A stretch of 32,000 nucleotides of DNA. Source: Candidatus Hermodarchaeota archaeon. Its GTDB lineage: Archaea > Asgardarchaeota > Heimdallarchaeia > Hodarchaeales > Hodarchaeaceae. Below the pieces are notes generated by a model, which was given only the letters and a program-made list of their open reading frames with translations, did not search any database and was not told the DNA's origin. Location: assembly GCA_048886185.1 (NCBI GenBank), contig JBHLKY010000012.1, positions 37,981-69,980 of the forward strand. Reading direction: 5' to 3'. Positions 1 through 8,254 of the stretch are shown here, one piece after another. The translations under genes were made by a program, and so were the position numbers. Positions within the stretch are counted from its first letter, which is position 1; the number at the start of each line of letters is the position of its first letter.

Positions 1-2
1 CC

Positions 3-455
3 CGCCATCCCGAATAAAGCATCATATTCAACGGTGCCAGTCATATGGTATTTAGTGTTTTTTAGATTGGTTAAACCTGCATCATATCCCCAAAGGACAA
101 TGTTACCTTTTACAAAGGTGTCATGAATTAGGTTCCCAGATTCATCAAATTCATACTCTAAAGTGCCAACTTCGTAGATTTCATAAATCTCCTTGAAGAA
201 ATGTACACTTGCACTAGGATCCCCATGAACTGGTTTTCCTGATCCGATAGCATAGAATGCCATGCCATACTCTACACCATCGAAGGTAATGGTTCCTACC
301 CAATCAGGAAAATCAGTTTGGTCTGGTCCAGGCCATGCTAGATTAAACTGTAGATCCATTGTACCGATATGAGGTTTCTTAGCATTTACCGATACTGCTG
401 GTATTAATGTCAGAATGAAGACCGAAAGCAATAATAATGCTATCTTTTTCCTCAT
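3..455 (-). CDS. Secreted/surface protein of unknown function, 3' end runs off the window (not in ORF track)
   Basis: ATG at 455-453 with GGAGG at 471-467. Open to the window edge: MRKKIALLLLSVFILTLIPAVSVNA|KKPHIGTMDLQFNLAWPGPDQTDFPDWVGTITFDGVEYGMAFY... It has a basic N-terminus, a hydrophobic core and a VNA cleavage-like site. Confidence 0.8.
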   Translation of the reverse strand, partial: MRKKIALLLLSVFILTLIPAVSVNAKKPHIGTMDLQFNLAWPGPDQTDFPDWVGTITFDGVEYGMAFYAIGSGKPVHGDPSASVHFFKEIYEIYEVGTLEYEFDESGNLIHDTFVKGNIVLWGYDAGLTNLKNTKYHMTGTVEYDALFGMA

Positions 456-487
456 GCTACTGTTTTCCTCCTATATTTCTCTTTTTT

Positions 488-524
488 CATTAAGATATAA
501 TCATGAAAACATTATATCTTAATG
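488..524. promoter_or_regulatory. Perfect 14-bp inverted repeat (operator-like)
   Basis: CATTAAGATATAAT (488-501), 9-nt spacer, ATTATATCTTAATG (511-524), lying between divergent genes. Confidence 0.6.
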
Positions 525-635
525 TTTATCATTGAAAAATAAAAGCATTTATAAATTTTACTATACTTACATTAAACCATAATGATATATGTTATTTTAC
601 GTAATCCATATTAACCTTAATTTACAATTGACTCC

Positions 636-1181
636 TTGGTGTATGTATTGCCTAGTGATGATGAAAAACGTCAAAAATTCCCAATTCGAGTGGATCTCGA
701 TAAGGAGGATGCTAGGAAGTTTCGAAGTGTTCAGAAGAAGTTTAAATTAAAGAATAAAGCTGAAGTTCTTCGTTTTTGTGTTAATAAAGTCTACCATGAA
801 ATGGTTTTGGAAATAGATGATGATTTATATGCTGAAATCCATAAAATAATCTCTAGTCGAGATATTAAAATCAGATATGCAATAACCAGCGTTGATGATT
901 TCATCAAGCGAGCAATAAGTGAATTTTTGACAACTTTAAAAAAAGAATGGAGTTTGAAGAACTGGAGTATGCGCCAAACGCTCTCACAAGAAGAAAACGA
1001 TACAGCTGTGGCCCTACTTGAATTACAGTTAGAAAAGATCCCAGGAGTGACAATAGAAGATTTAGCTGAATACTTGAAAAAAGATCAGAAAACATTAAGT
1101 CTACATCTTGAAAAATTCATTGATGATGCACTTCTTGATTTCAGAGAGTCACAAGGTAAGATATATTATTATGCTCGCTGA
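636..1181 (+). CDS. DNA-binding protein: two ribbon-helix-helix-like repeats plus a C-terminal winged HTH
   Basis: RHH-like IRVDLDKEDARKF..KNKAEVLRFCVNKVY and LEIDDDLYAEI..SVDDFIKRAISEFL; wHTH-like GVTIEDLAEYL..KTLSLHLEKFIDDALL..QGKIYYY. The true start may be TTG 648, which has GGTG at 638-641. Confidence 0.65.
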   Translation: MVYVLPSDDEKRQKFPIRVDLDKEDARKFRSVQKKFKLKNKAEVLRFCVNKVYHEMVLEIDDDLYAEIHKIISSRDIKIRYAITSVDDFIKRAISEFLTTLKKEWSLKNWSMRQTLSQEENDTAVALLELQLEKIPGVTIEDLAEYLKKDQKTLSLHLEKFIDDALLDFRESQGKIYYYAR

Positions 1182-1200
1182 TGATTAGGAGGTAGTTCCT

Positions 1201-1950
1201 TTGGAAAAAATTCTTATTCATAGCTATAAAGGAGGGACTGGAAAAACAACTGTGGCTGTAAACATAGCAAATATTCTATCAAAAGATCACAAAATACTAC
1301 TCATAGAAAATGACTTCATGATGCCATCTTTTTTCGACATCTTTAAGCGTGATCCAGATACATATTTCAATGATTATTTCAACGGAAATGCCACCTTCGA
1401 TGAAGTAATCCAGCATGAAGTTAGATCTAACTTAGACGTGGTTTTTACCAACAAAAAATTCGATCCTAACGAGAAAGTCATGAGCTCAGATCAGGAATGG
1501 TTTCTCTCATTTTTAAAACAAATGATAGGAGATTTAAAAACCCTGGAAAAGAAATATGACTATATTATTTTCGACACACCTCCAGGATGGCATTTAATTG
1601 TTGTTAATCTGATCGCGCTTTCAAATAAGGCGATTCTGTTACTTCGTCCGAACTCTTATGAGGTAAATGGCACAAAAATATTGATTGAAATTCTTTACAA
1701 AAGAGCGAAACCAATCACCAGCTGGGAAGTCTATTTACTTTTCAATCAGGTTCCAGAAGTGAATATGAAAACCGATCTAGAGAGATGGACTGAGGATTTA
1801 AAAAAGGATGGAATAAAATACGCTGGCCAAATCTCATGTTCTTGTGAAACTGCTTATCAAATGGCTCACGAAACAAAAATTCTTGATCTTGAACATGAAT
1901 TTAACAAATCACTACAAAATGCTTTGAATATAATATCAGGAACAGATTGA
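1201..1950 (+). CDS. ParA/MinD-family ATPase
   Basis: Deviant Walker A SYKGGTGKTT, A' LLIEND, Walker B YIIFDTPPG. TTG start with AGGAGG at 1187-1192. Confidence 0.9.
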   Translation: MEKILIHSYKGGTGKTTVAVNIANILSKDHKILLIENDFMMPSFFDIFKRDPDTYFNDYFNGNATFDEVIQHEVRSNLDVVFTNKKFDPNEKVMSSDQEWFLSFLKQMIGDLKTLEKKYDYIIFDTPPGWHLIVVNLIALSNKAILLLRPNSYEVNGTKILIEILYKRAKPITSWEVYLLFNQVPEVNMKTDLERWTEDLKKDGIKYAGQISCSCETAYQMAHETKILDLEHEFNKSLQNALNIISGTD

Positions 1951-1955
1951 CTAGA

Positions 1956-1963
1956 TTTTTTTT
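1956..1963 (+). terminator. Archaeal oligo-T terminator candidate after parA
   Basis: T8 run starting 6 nt after the TGA. Confidence 0.4.
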
Positions 1964-2032
1964 AGAGACTACTTAAATTAAGATATCTTTTAAATAGACT
2001 CGTGTGTTAGCTGAAATCTAGGAAGATGAGGA

Positions 2033-2608
2033 GTGTATGTCCTTAAGACCTTCTCAAAACTCTTTTTGAGTCCCAGAGGTTTCTTTAAGACTAGCACACG
2101 TTTAAAAGATAGAGTGAAGGCTCAAGAACTATTTCAGCAAGTAGTAGACTCCGATAAAAGTGGGCATTGGTTGACAATTACAGCACATCTCAATCTTGTT
2201 GAACTTCTTCTCTCTGAAGCTAAATAGATTGGAGACGATGATGTATTTCGAGAGGCTAAATCACGAGTCAATAATCTTAGTGAAATAACAAATGATCAAA
2301 AAATTGTTGATCTGGAGATTAACACTTTAATTCTTCAAGCTCAATTTGAAGTTATTGAAGGAAACTTCACAACAGCTATGGAATTATTGGCCAATGCGAT
2401 AACAACAGCTAAGAAAAATGATCTAAACTTATTAATTGCAAAAATAACTGAAATTAAAAGTCGAATTGAAGCTGAATTAAAGAAATGGGAAATTCTTTTT
2501 CAACGTAACGCATTTCTTCAAGAGCGACTAGAACAAGCACGTTTTGAACGATATATAGAAGAACTAAAGAAGTATATCACTCATGTGACTAGATTCGGTA
2601 GCGGATAG
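2033..2608 (+). pseudogene. Helical-repeat (TPR-like) C-terminal module interrupted by one in-frame TAG; probably 5'-truncated
   Basis: ORFs 2033..2227 and 2378..2608 share a frame. The only break is TAG 2225-2227: LLSEAK*IGDDDVFREAKSRVNNLSEITNDQKIVDLEINTLILQAQFEVIEGNFTTAMELL... Confidence 0.7.
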
Positions 2609-2616
2609 ATTATCAT

Positions 2617-3579
2617 TCAACCATATTGTTGCATCAACATGAGTAATTGAAAAGTGGCTGCTTCTTTTTGTCGTATGGATTCCTGTATTTCCTTTCCAGT
2701 ATAATCATGAAATCCTTTTCCACTTTTTGTACCAAGCTCCCCTGCTTTAATCATTTGTTTTAAGAATGTAGGAGGTGTTGTTGAACAATCTAAAGTAGGA
2801 TAGAGATAAGTAAGCACATTTTGAATTGTATCTAATCCCATAAGATCCACCATTTCAAACACTTTCATAACAGGTAAGCGTAAACCTAGCCCATACTTCA
2901 CTGTTGTTTCTAAGTCCTGAACTTCCATTATTTCTTCATCTAATAGGTGCATTACTTCCCTAAATAATGCTGCTTGTAATCGATTGTGAACATAGCCAGG
3001 GATATCTTTCTTAACTAGTACTGGTCGTTTATTGATATTTAAAATAAGTTCTTTTATTGTTTGAACAGTCTGATCTGATGTTTGTCGGCCTTTGACTATT
3101 TCAACTAGAGGCATAAGAAGTGGCGGATTCATAAAATGTGTACCAATGCATAATTCAGGACGATTCGTGACAGAGGCAATTTCAGTAATACTCAAACCAG
3201 ATGAATTGGTTGCTAAGATAGTTGAGGGTGGTGTTAAATCATCCAATTGTTTGAAAAGTGTGCGTTTTAAGCTCAAATCCTCGGGAATAGCTTCAATGAC
3301 AAGATGAGAATCTGAAATTGAGTTAATATCATTCTCTAGATGGATACTTTGACGAGCTACTTTTAAGTCTGCGGCAGCAAAAAAACCAGTTTTAAAAACC
3401 TTGGTAAAATCCTCTCTTATACGAGTCTTAGTATTTTTTAACTGAGAAGAGGAGATATCGAAAATTATTATCTCAAAATTATAAGATGCCCCAAAAATTG
3501 CAAGAACTTCAGCAATTCCAGGACCCATAATTCCTGCACCAATAACTCCGATTCTCTTAATGTGTTCCATTTCCATCAC
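2617..3579 (-). CDS. 3-hydroxyacyl-CoA dehydrogenase family protein (NRLQ subgroup, lambda-crystallin/carnitine-DH-like)
   Basis: GAGIMG Rossmann motif, EAIPEDL, TNSSGL, GTHFMNPP, GYVHNRLQ, GTKSGKGF. Confidence 0.9.
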   Translation of the reverse strand: MMEMEHIKRIGVIGAGIMGPGIAEVLAIFGASYNFEIIIFDISSSQLKNTKTRIREDFTKVFKTGFFAAADLKVARQSIHLENDINSISDSHLVIEAIPEDLSLKRTLFKQLDDLTPPSTILATNSSGLSITEIASVTNRPELCIGTHFMNPPLLMPLVEIVKGRQTSDQTVQTIKELILNINKRPVLVKKDIPGYVHNRLQAALFREVMHLLDEEIMEVQDLETTVKYGLGLRLPVMKVFEMVDLMGLDTIQNVLTYLYPTLDCSTTPPTFLKQMIKAGELGTKSGKGFHDYTGKEIQESIRQKEAATFQLLMLMQQYG

Positions 3580-3594
3580 TACACTAGCGTTTTT

Positions 3595-4554
3595 CTAAAT
3601 TTGATAATGAGGATTCCTTCGAATTTCAGCTATAAAATCTTTAACGAATTCTTTAGGGGGGTAGTTTGGGGTAAATTCTAAATCTTTACGAGCCAATTTA
3701 CCATCACCTTTCATCATTGATAAGAATCTTAGCAAATAAGATAATTCAAGATCTGGTTCATATTTGACAATTGTGTCAGGTATTTCATTCTGGACAAGTT
3801 CAGCTAAGTTCAGAGCTGATATCCAATACCCATCAAGATTATATGCTGATTCACTAATAGTTTCTCGCTCTAAGAGACTTCCTAAGAGTTTTACAGCATC
3901 TTTAACATATAAGATTGGAATTGTGATGTCTGGTTCTACATTACATACCGCTGGTAAGCCTTGAGCAGGATATTGAATAATATTATTAGCGTACATTGTC
4001 ATACCAGTACCAGTTCTCCCAGGCCCAATAATCGCAGGAAATCTAAGGGTAAGGAATGCGATATTCTTCCGTCGATGGTAATAACCTCCCATAACTTCTG
4101 AACACACCTTACCAACGCCATACATTGTCAATGGTTCCCGGTATGTCTTTTCATTTATTGGGAGATCAACACCTGGACTGTAAATGGCAGCACTACTGGA
4201 ATAAAAAACACTTGAAACACCAAACAGGTGTGCACATTCAAGAATATTAAAAGTACCTTGGATATTGATCCGAAAAGCTGTTTGTGACTTATTTTCGGTG
4301 AATGGAGGCATTAAACTTCCGAAATGATATATCGTTTTGATTAAAGATTGAGACTGGAACAGTGGTATTACTTCTGACCAACAGGATATATCCCCTTGAA
4401 TAATTTGAATTTTTGGATGCTTTTCAATATCTCTGATACGTTTTTGATTGATGATATAATCAAAAAGAATGAGTCTTTCATCTGTTATTTCTAGTAAATG
4501 ACGGGCTAAAAACGACCCTAAATGTCCTGTCCCTCCTGTTATTAAAATTGTCAT
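3595..4554 (-). CDS. NAD-dependent epimerase/dehydratase (extended SDR, threonine-dehydrogenase-like)
   Basis: TGGTGHLG, SSS catalytic Ser region, YGVGK (YxxxK). Confidence 0.88.
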   Translation of the reverse strand: MTILITGGTGHLGSFLARHLLEITDERLILFDYIINQKRIRDIEKHPKIQIIQGDISCWSEVIPLFQSQSLIKTIYHFGSLMPPFTENKSQTAFRINIQGTFNILECAHLFGVSSVFYSSSAAIYSPGVDLPINEKTYREPLTMYGVGKVCSEVMGGYYHRRKNIAFLTLRFPAIIGPGRTGTGMTMYANNIIQYPAQGLPAVCNVEPDITIPILYVKDAVKLLGSLLERETISESAYNLDGYWISALNLAELVQNEIPDTIVKYEPDLELSYLLRFLSMMKGDGKLARKDLEFTPNYPPKEFVKDFIAEIRRNPHYQI

Positions 4555-4561
4555 GATAATT

Positions 4562-6280
4562 TCACCTAAACGATTCCCAATAGCTCGGGTCAGCTGCAGC
4601 AGCTGCTCGTTGGTTCAAAATATTTATTTCTCTATCATCTACTCTAACATCTACCAGTGTAACATGGCCACTTTGACGGGCACGTTTTATTGCTCCTGAA
4701 ATGTCTTCTGGACGTGTAACTAGTTCTCCTTGAGCACCTAAACTTTCTGCGAATTTGACGTAATCTATTTTCTCATTTAACTCCGAACCAATCCGGTAAC
4801 CCCATGATAAATCTTGATTGTGAGCTATCATTCCCCAAGCAGAATCATTTTCAATAACAATGACGAGGGGAAGATCATAACGAACAGCAGTATCTATTTC
4901 CGCCCCGTTAAAGAGGAAGCTCCCATCCCCAGTCAAAACCATTATATCCTTGTCGGGTTCCGCGAGTTTAGCTCCAATCCCCATTGGTAATCCAGCACCT
5001 AGATGTCCTACTGGACCATGTGCCATGAATATTTGACCTGGATAACTTGATTTCAGGATTAATAACGCCCATACAGTAGTATCCCCTCCATCTAAGATTA
5101 ATCTCGTGTTTTCGTCTAAAAATGATTGAATTTCTTTTGTAAGCCGCTGAGGTTTGATGGGAATATCATTTGAATCAATAGGTCCCATAAGCGTTGATTC
5201 TAAATCAAGGCGGTTCCGTTTCACTAATGTACTCCAGTCTCCAAAGAGATTATCTTTTATCGTTTCCTTTTGTAGAGCTAATAATAATTCCTTAAGAAAA
5301 GGTGCTATGGAAGAAGTTATTCCAAGTTCAAAAGGACGGTTCTTGCCAATAACTTGTGAATCAGGATCGACCCAAATTACTTTGACATCCCTATTGTAGA
5401 TATTTGGATCGGTTCCAAATCCTTGCATCTCTCCAAACGTTACACCTAACACAAGCACAACGTCAGCGTCTTTAAGGAGGATATTTTGGACTACACTTCC
5501 AATTGAGAGAGGATGTAGTCCAGGAATGCAACCCATACCTAGCTCATCATGAGCTATAGGAATTGAAAGAAATTCTGCTACCCGTAATAGGCTTTCAGAA
5601 GCATTCCCCCAATAAACACCACTTCCTGCAATGATAACAGGTTTTTCTGCAGTTAGAAGAAGCTGGCAAGCTTTTTTAACCAATAAAGGGTCTGGAAATG
5701 TTCTGCTATTGCATCGATACGTCTTAGGCTTTCGATTGAAGAAGTAGTCTTCATCTTTGGGCTTCCAATGTAGTGTTTGAATATCTTGAGGGATATCTAA
5801 TAATACAGGCCCCATATTCTCTGATGTAGCAATACGAAAGGCTTCTTGAATATATTCTGGTATCCTGGCAGTTTGATGTATCATCTTGGCATATTTTGTA
5901 ACAGGTATTGCTAAGGGAATCTGATCAATTTCCTGATTAGCATATTTATTGATGTGACACAATGCACTATGACCTGCTAGAGCCACAATAGGACTTCGGG
6001 CATAATAAGCTGAAACAAGCGCTGGAAGAACGTTGGTGAATCCTGGGCCAGCAGTAACTAAACAAACACCAGGTGTACGGGTCGTTATCGCCCAACCTTC
6101 AGCAGCATTCCCAGCTGCCTGTTCATGACGAGTGGTGATGATCTGGATACCTTCTTCTTCTAAAGCTTTGAATATGGGATTGATATGTCCCCCACAAATT
6201 GAGAACACATATTGTACCCCCTCATGGGCTAGACTTTTTGCGACCAACGAACCACCATATAAAGACATTTTTTCAGACAT
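4562..6280 (-). CDS. ThDP-dependent enzyme, acetolactate-synthase-like / 2-hydroxyacyl-CoA lyase (ILVBL/HACL)-like
   Basis: CGGHI, RHEQAA catalytic Glu, TAGPGFTN, ThDP motif GDGSFLF...NDSAWG. Confidence 0.85.
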   Translation of the reverse strand: MSEKMSLYGGSLVAKSLAHEGVQYVFSICGGHINPIFKALEEEGIQIITTRHEQAAGNAAEGWAITTRTPGVCLVTAGPGFTNVLPALVSAYYARSPIVALAGHSALCHINKYANQEIDQIPLAIPVTKYAKMIHQTARIPEYIQEAFRIATSENMGPVLLDIPQDIQTLHWKPKDEDYFFNRKPKTYRCNSRTFPDPLLVKKACQLLLTAEKPVIIAGSGVYWGNASESLLRVAEFLSIPIAHDELGMGCIPGLHPLSIGSVVQNILLKDADVVLVLGVTFGEMQGFGTDPNIYNRDVKVIWVDPDSQVIGKNRPFELGITSSIAPFLKELLLALQKETIKDNLFGDWSTLVKRNRLDLESTLMGPIDSNDIPIKPQRLTKEIQSFLDENTRLILDGGDTTVWALLILKSSYPGQIFMAHGPVGHLGAGLPMGIGAKLAEPDKDIMVLTGDGSFLFNGAEIDTAVRYDLPLVIVIENDSAWGMIAHNQDLSWGYRIGSELNEKIDYVKFAESLGAQGELVTRPEDISGAIKRARQSGHVTLVDVRVDDREINILNQRAAAAADPSYWESFR

Positions 6281-6310
6281 TATACGACACCTGAGAGATT
6301 TTTAGTTAAT

Positions 6311-6370
6311 TTCACATTCTTATATGAAATTTTCATGATTTGCACTAAAAGTTTTATCAACTTCACATTC
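6311..6370. promoter_or_regulatory. Divergent promoter region with a palindrome, a direct repeat and a TATA-like box
   Basis: ATGAAA-T-TTTCAT at 6324-6336; TTCACATTC at 6311-6319 and 6362-6370; TTTTATCA at 6352-6359 preceded by purine-rich AAAAG. Confidence 0.45.
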
Positions 6371-6390
6371 ATTCTTCTTTCTGATTTATA

Positions 6391-8220
6391 ATGGCTAATA
6401 ATGGTTACATTAATCGTCTAGCTCGAATCAACCTAAGTACGAATCAAATAACCACTGAACCTCTACCAAATATAATAGAAACTTTTCTTGGGGGAAAGGG
6501 TTTAGGTGTTTATATTCTAACACGAGAACTGACAGCAAATATCGACCCTCTTGGTCCAGAAAATAAGCTAGTAATTGTAACAGGGCCTCTTCAAGGCTCA
6601 ATTGTACCAATCTGTGGACGCTATACAGTTGTAACTAAATCTCCATTAACTGGTCTCATCTTAGATTCACATGCAGGAGGAACAATAGGCCCAGAAATAA
6701 AATTTGCTGGATACGATGCTTTAATCATTGAAGGTGTTTCTTCGGAACCATGCTATGTATCGATTCTTAATAATGAAATTGAAATTCGAAATGGGAAGCA
6801 TTTAAAGGGATTATCGACGTTAGAAAAGGAAAATCAAATTAAAAAAGATCTAGATGATGAAGAAGTAAAGGTCTTGTCAATTGGGGTGGCTGGAGAAAAT
6901 ATGGTTAAATTTGCTTGTATAACTGGTGAAAGTTTTCGTAATGTAGGCCGGGGTGGAGCAGGAGCAGTCTTTGGTAGCAAGAAATTATTAGCTATTGCAA
7001 TCAAAGGCTCGACCAAAGATATACCAGTAGCAGATTTCGAAACTTTAAATACACTGGCCAATGATTTCCGTAACAGGGCAACAAAAGGTCGTACGTCTGG
7101 CCTTAGAATATATCGAATTGGAACGCCTAATTTGGTGACCGTAGCGTCTAATAGGGATCAGATTCCTGTTCGTAACTTTCAAGAAGGTACAATTGAAAAT
7201 CCAGCATCACTTGAAGAAGAAGCCATTATTAAACATTCAACGAAAAAGAAACCCTGTTATAAATGTGTGATTTCTTGTTCACATATTTTTACAGATGAAT
7301 TCCCATTTGTTAAAGAAAATCACATCGTACCAGTCCCTGAATACGAAACACTTGGGATGATCGGTTCTAATTGTGGTATCGATTTTGAGACAGTTATTGA
7401 GGCAAATTATCTTGCTAATATGTATTCTCTTGACTCAATTTCTTTAGGCTCAACAATTGCTTTTTTCATGGAATGTTCTGAAAAGGATCTAGTCCCCAAA
7501 AAGTACAAATCTGATAAAATCTCCTTTGGTGACAAAGAAGGGTTAATAAATTTAATTCATAAGATTGCTAAGAGACAAGGTGTAGGTGAATTATTGGCAG
7601 AAGGGACGAAAAAAACTAGTGAAGCATTTAACCAAGAGACAGAGGATTTTGCGATCCATGTTAAAGGCTTAGAAATGGCAGCGTGGGATCCACGAGGGAG
7701 ATTAGGTTTAGGCTTAAGTTATGCTTCTGCTGCAGTTGGTGCTTCTCATTTACGTGGTTGGCCAGCTACTACTAAACTTCCTAGAGACGAACCAGTTGCA
7801 ATTGAGATTGTTGAAAGCTTAATAAAAGAGCAAGATTTGAAAATCATTAAAGATTCCTTAATTATCTGTCATTTTACTCATTCAATTATCCCTGCTATGG
7901 ACTTAGAAGATGGTCAAGCGCTTTATTCTGCAGTTACTGGATCTCAAACTGACGTGCGTGAGATTGCTCAGAATATCTGGAGCTTATCACGCTATTTCAA
8001 CATGAGAGAGTTTGAAGAACCTGCAGGAGTTTATGATCAATTACCCTTCCGTCTACTTAACGAACCTCTCCCATCAGGATCCGCAGAAGGATCAAAAGCC
8101 TTTCAATCGATTGATGACTTCAAAAATGGACTAAAAATGTTGTATCAGATGAGACGATGCCAAGAAAACGGTGATCTCATTCCTGAGGAGAAACAAAGAA
8201 TTGAGGAACTTATAGCCTAA
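6391..8220 (+). CDS. aor: Tungsten/molybdenum aldehyde:ferredoxin oxidoreductase family
   Basis: KSPLTG, GRGGAGAVFGSKKL, CxxCxxxC (CYKCVISC), EYET, DSISLG, DPRG, and a fourth Cys in DSLIIC. Confidence 0.9.
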   Translation: MANNGYINRLARINLSTNQITTEPLPNIIETFLGGKGLGVYILTRELTANIDPLGPENKLVIVTGPLQGSIVPICGRYTVVTKSPLTGLILDSHAGGTIGPEIKFAGYDALIIEGVSSEPCYVSILNNEIEIRNGKHLKGLSTLEKENQIKKDLDDEEVKVLSIGVAGENMVKFACITGESFRNVGRGGAGAVFGSKKLLAIAIKGSTKDIPVADFETLNTLANDFRNRATKGRTSGLRIYRIGTPNLVTVASNRDQIPVRNFQEGTIENPASLEEEAIIKHSTKKKPCYKCVISCSHIFTDEFPFVKENHIVPVPEYETLGMIGSNCGIDFETVIEANYLANMYSLDSISLGSTIAFFMECSEKDLVPKKYKSDKISFGDKEGLINLIHKIAKRQGVGELLAEGTKKTSEAFNQETEDFAIHVKGLEMAAWDPRGRLGLGLSYASAAVGASHLRGWPATTKLPRDEPVAIEIVESLIKEQDLKIIKDSLIICHFTHSIIPAMDLEDGQALYSAVTGSQTDVREIAQNIWSLSRYFNMREFEEPAGVYDQLPFRLLNEPLPSGSAEGSKAFQSIDDFKNGLKMLYQMRRCQENGDLIPEEKQRIEELIA

Positions 8221-8254
8221 ATCATTCTTAGATTTTACAAATTCCCTTCCTTAA

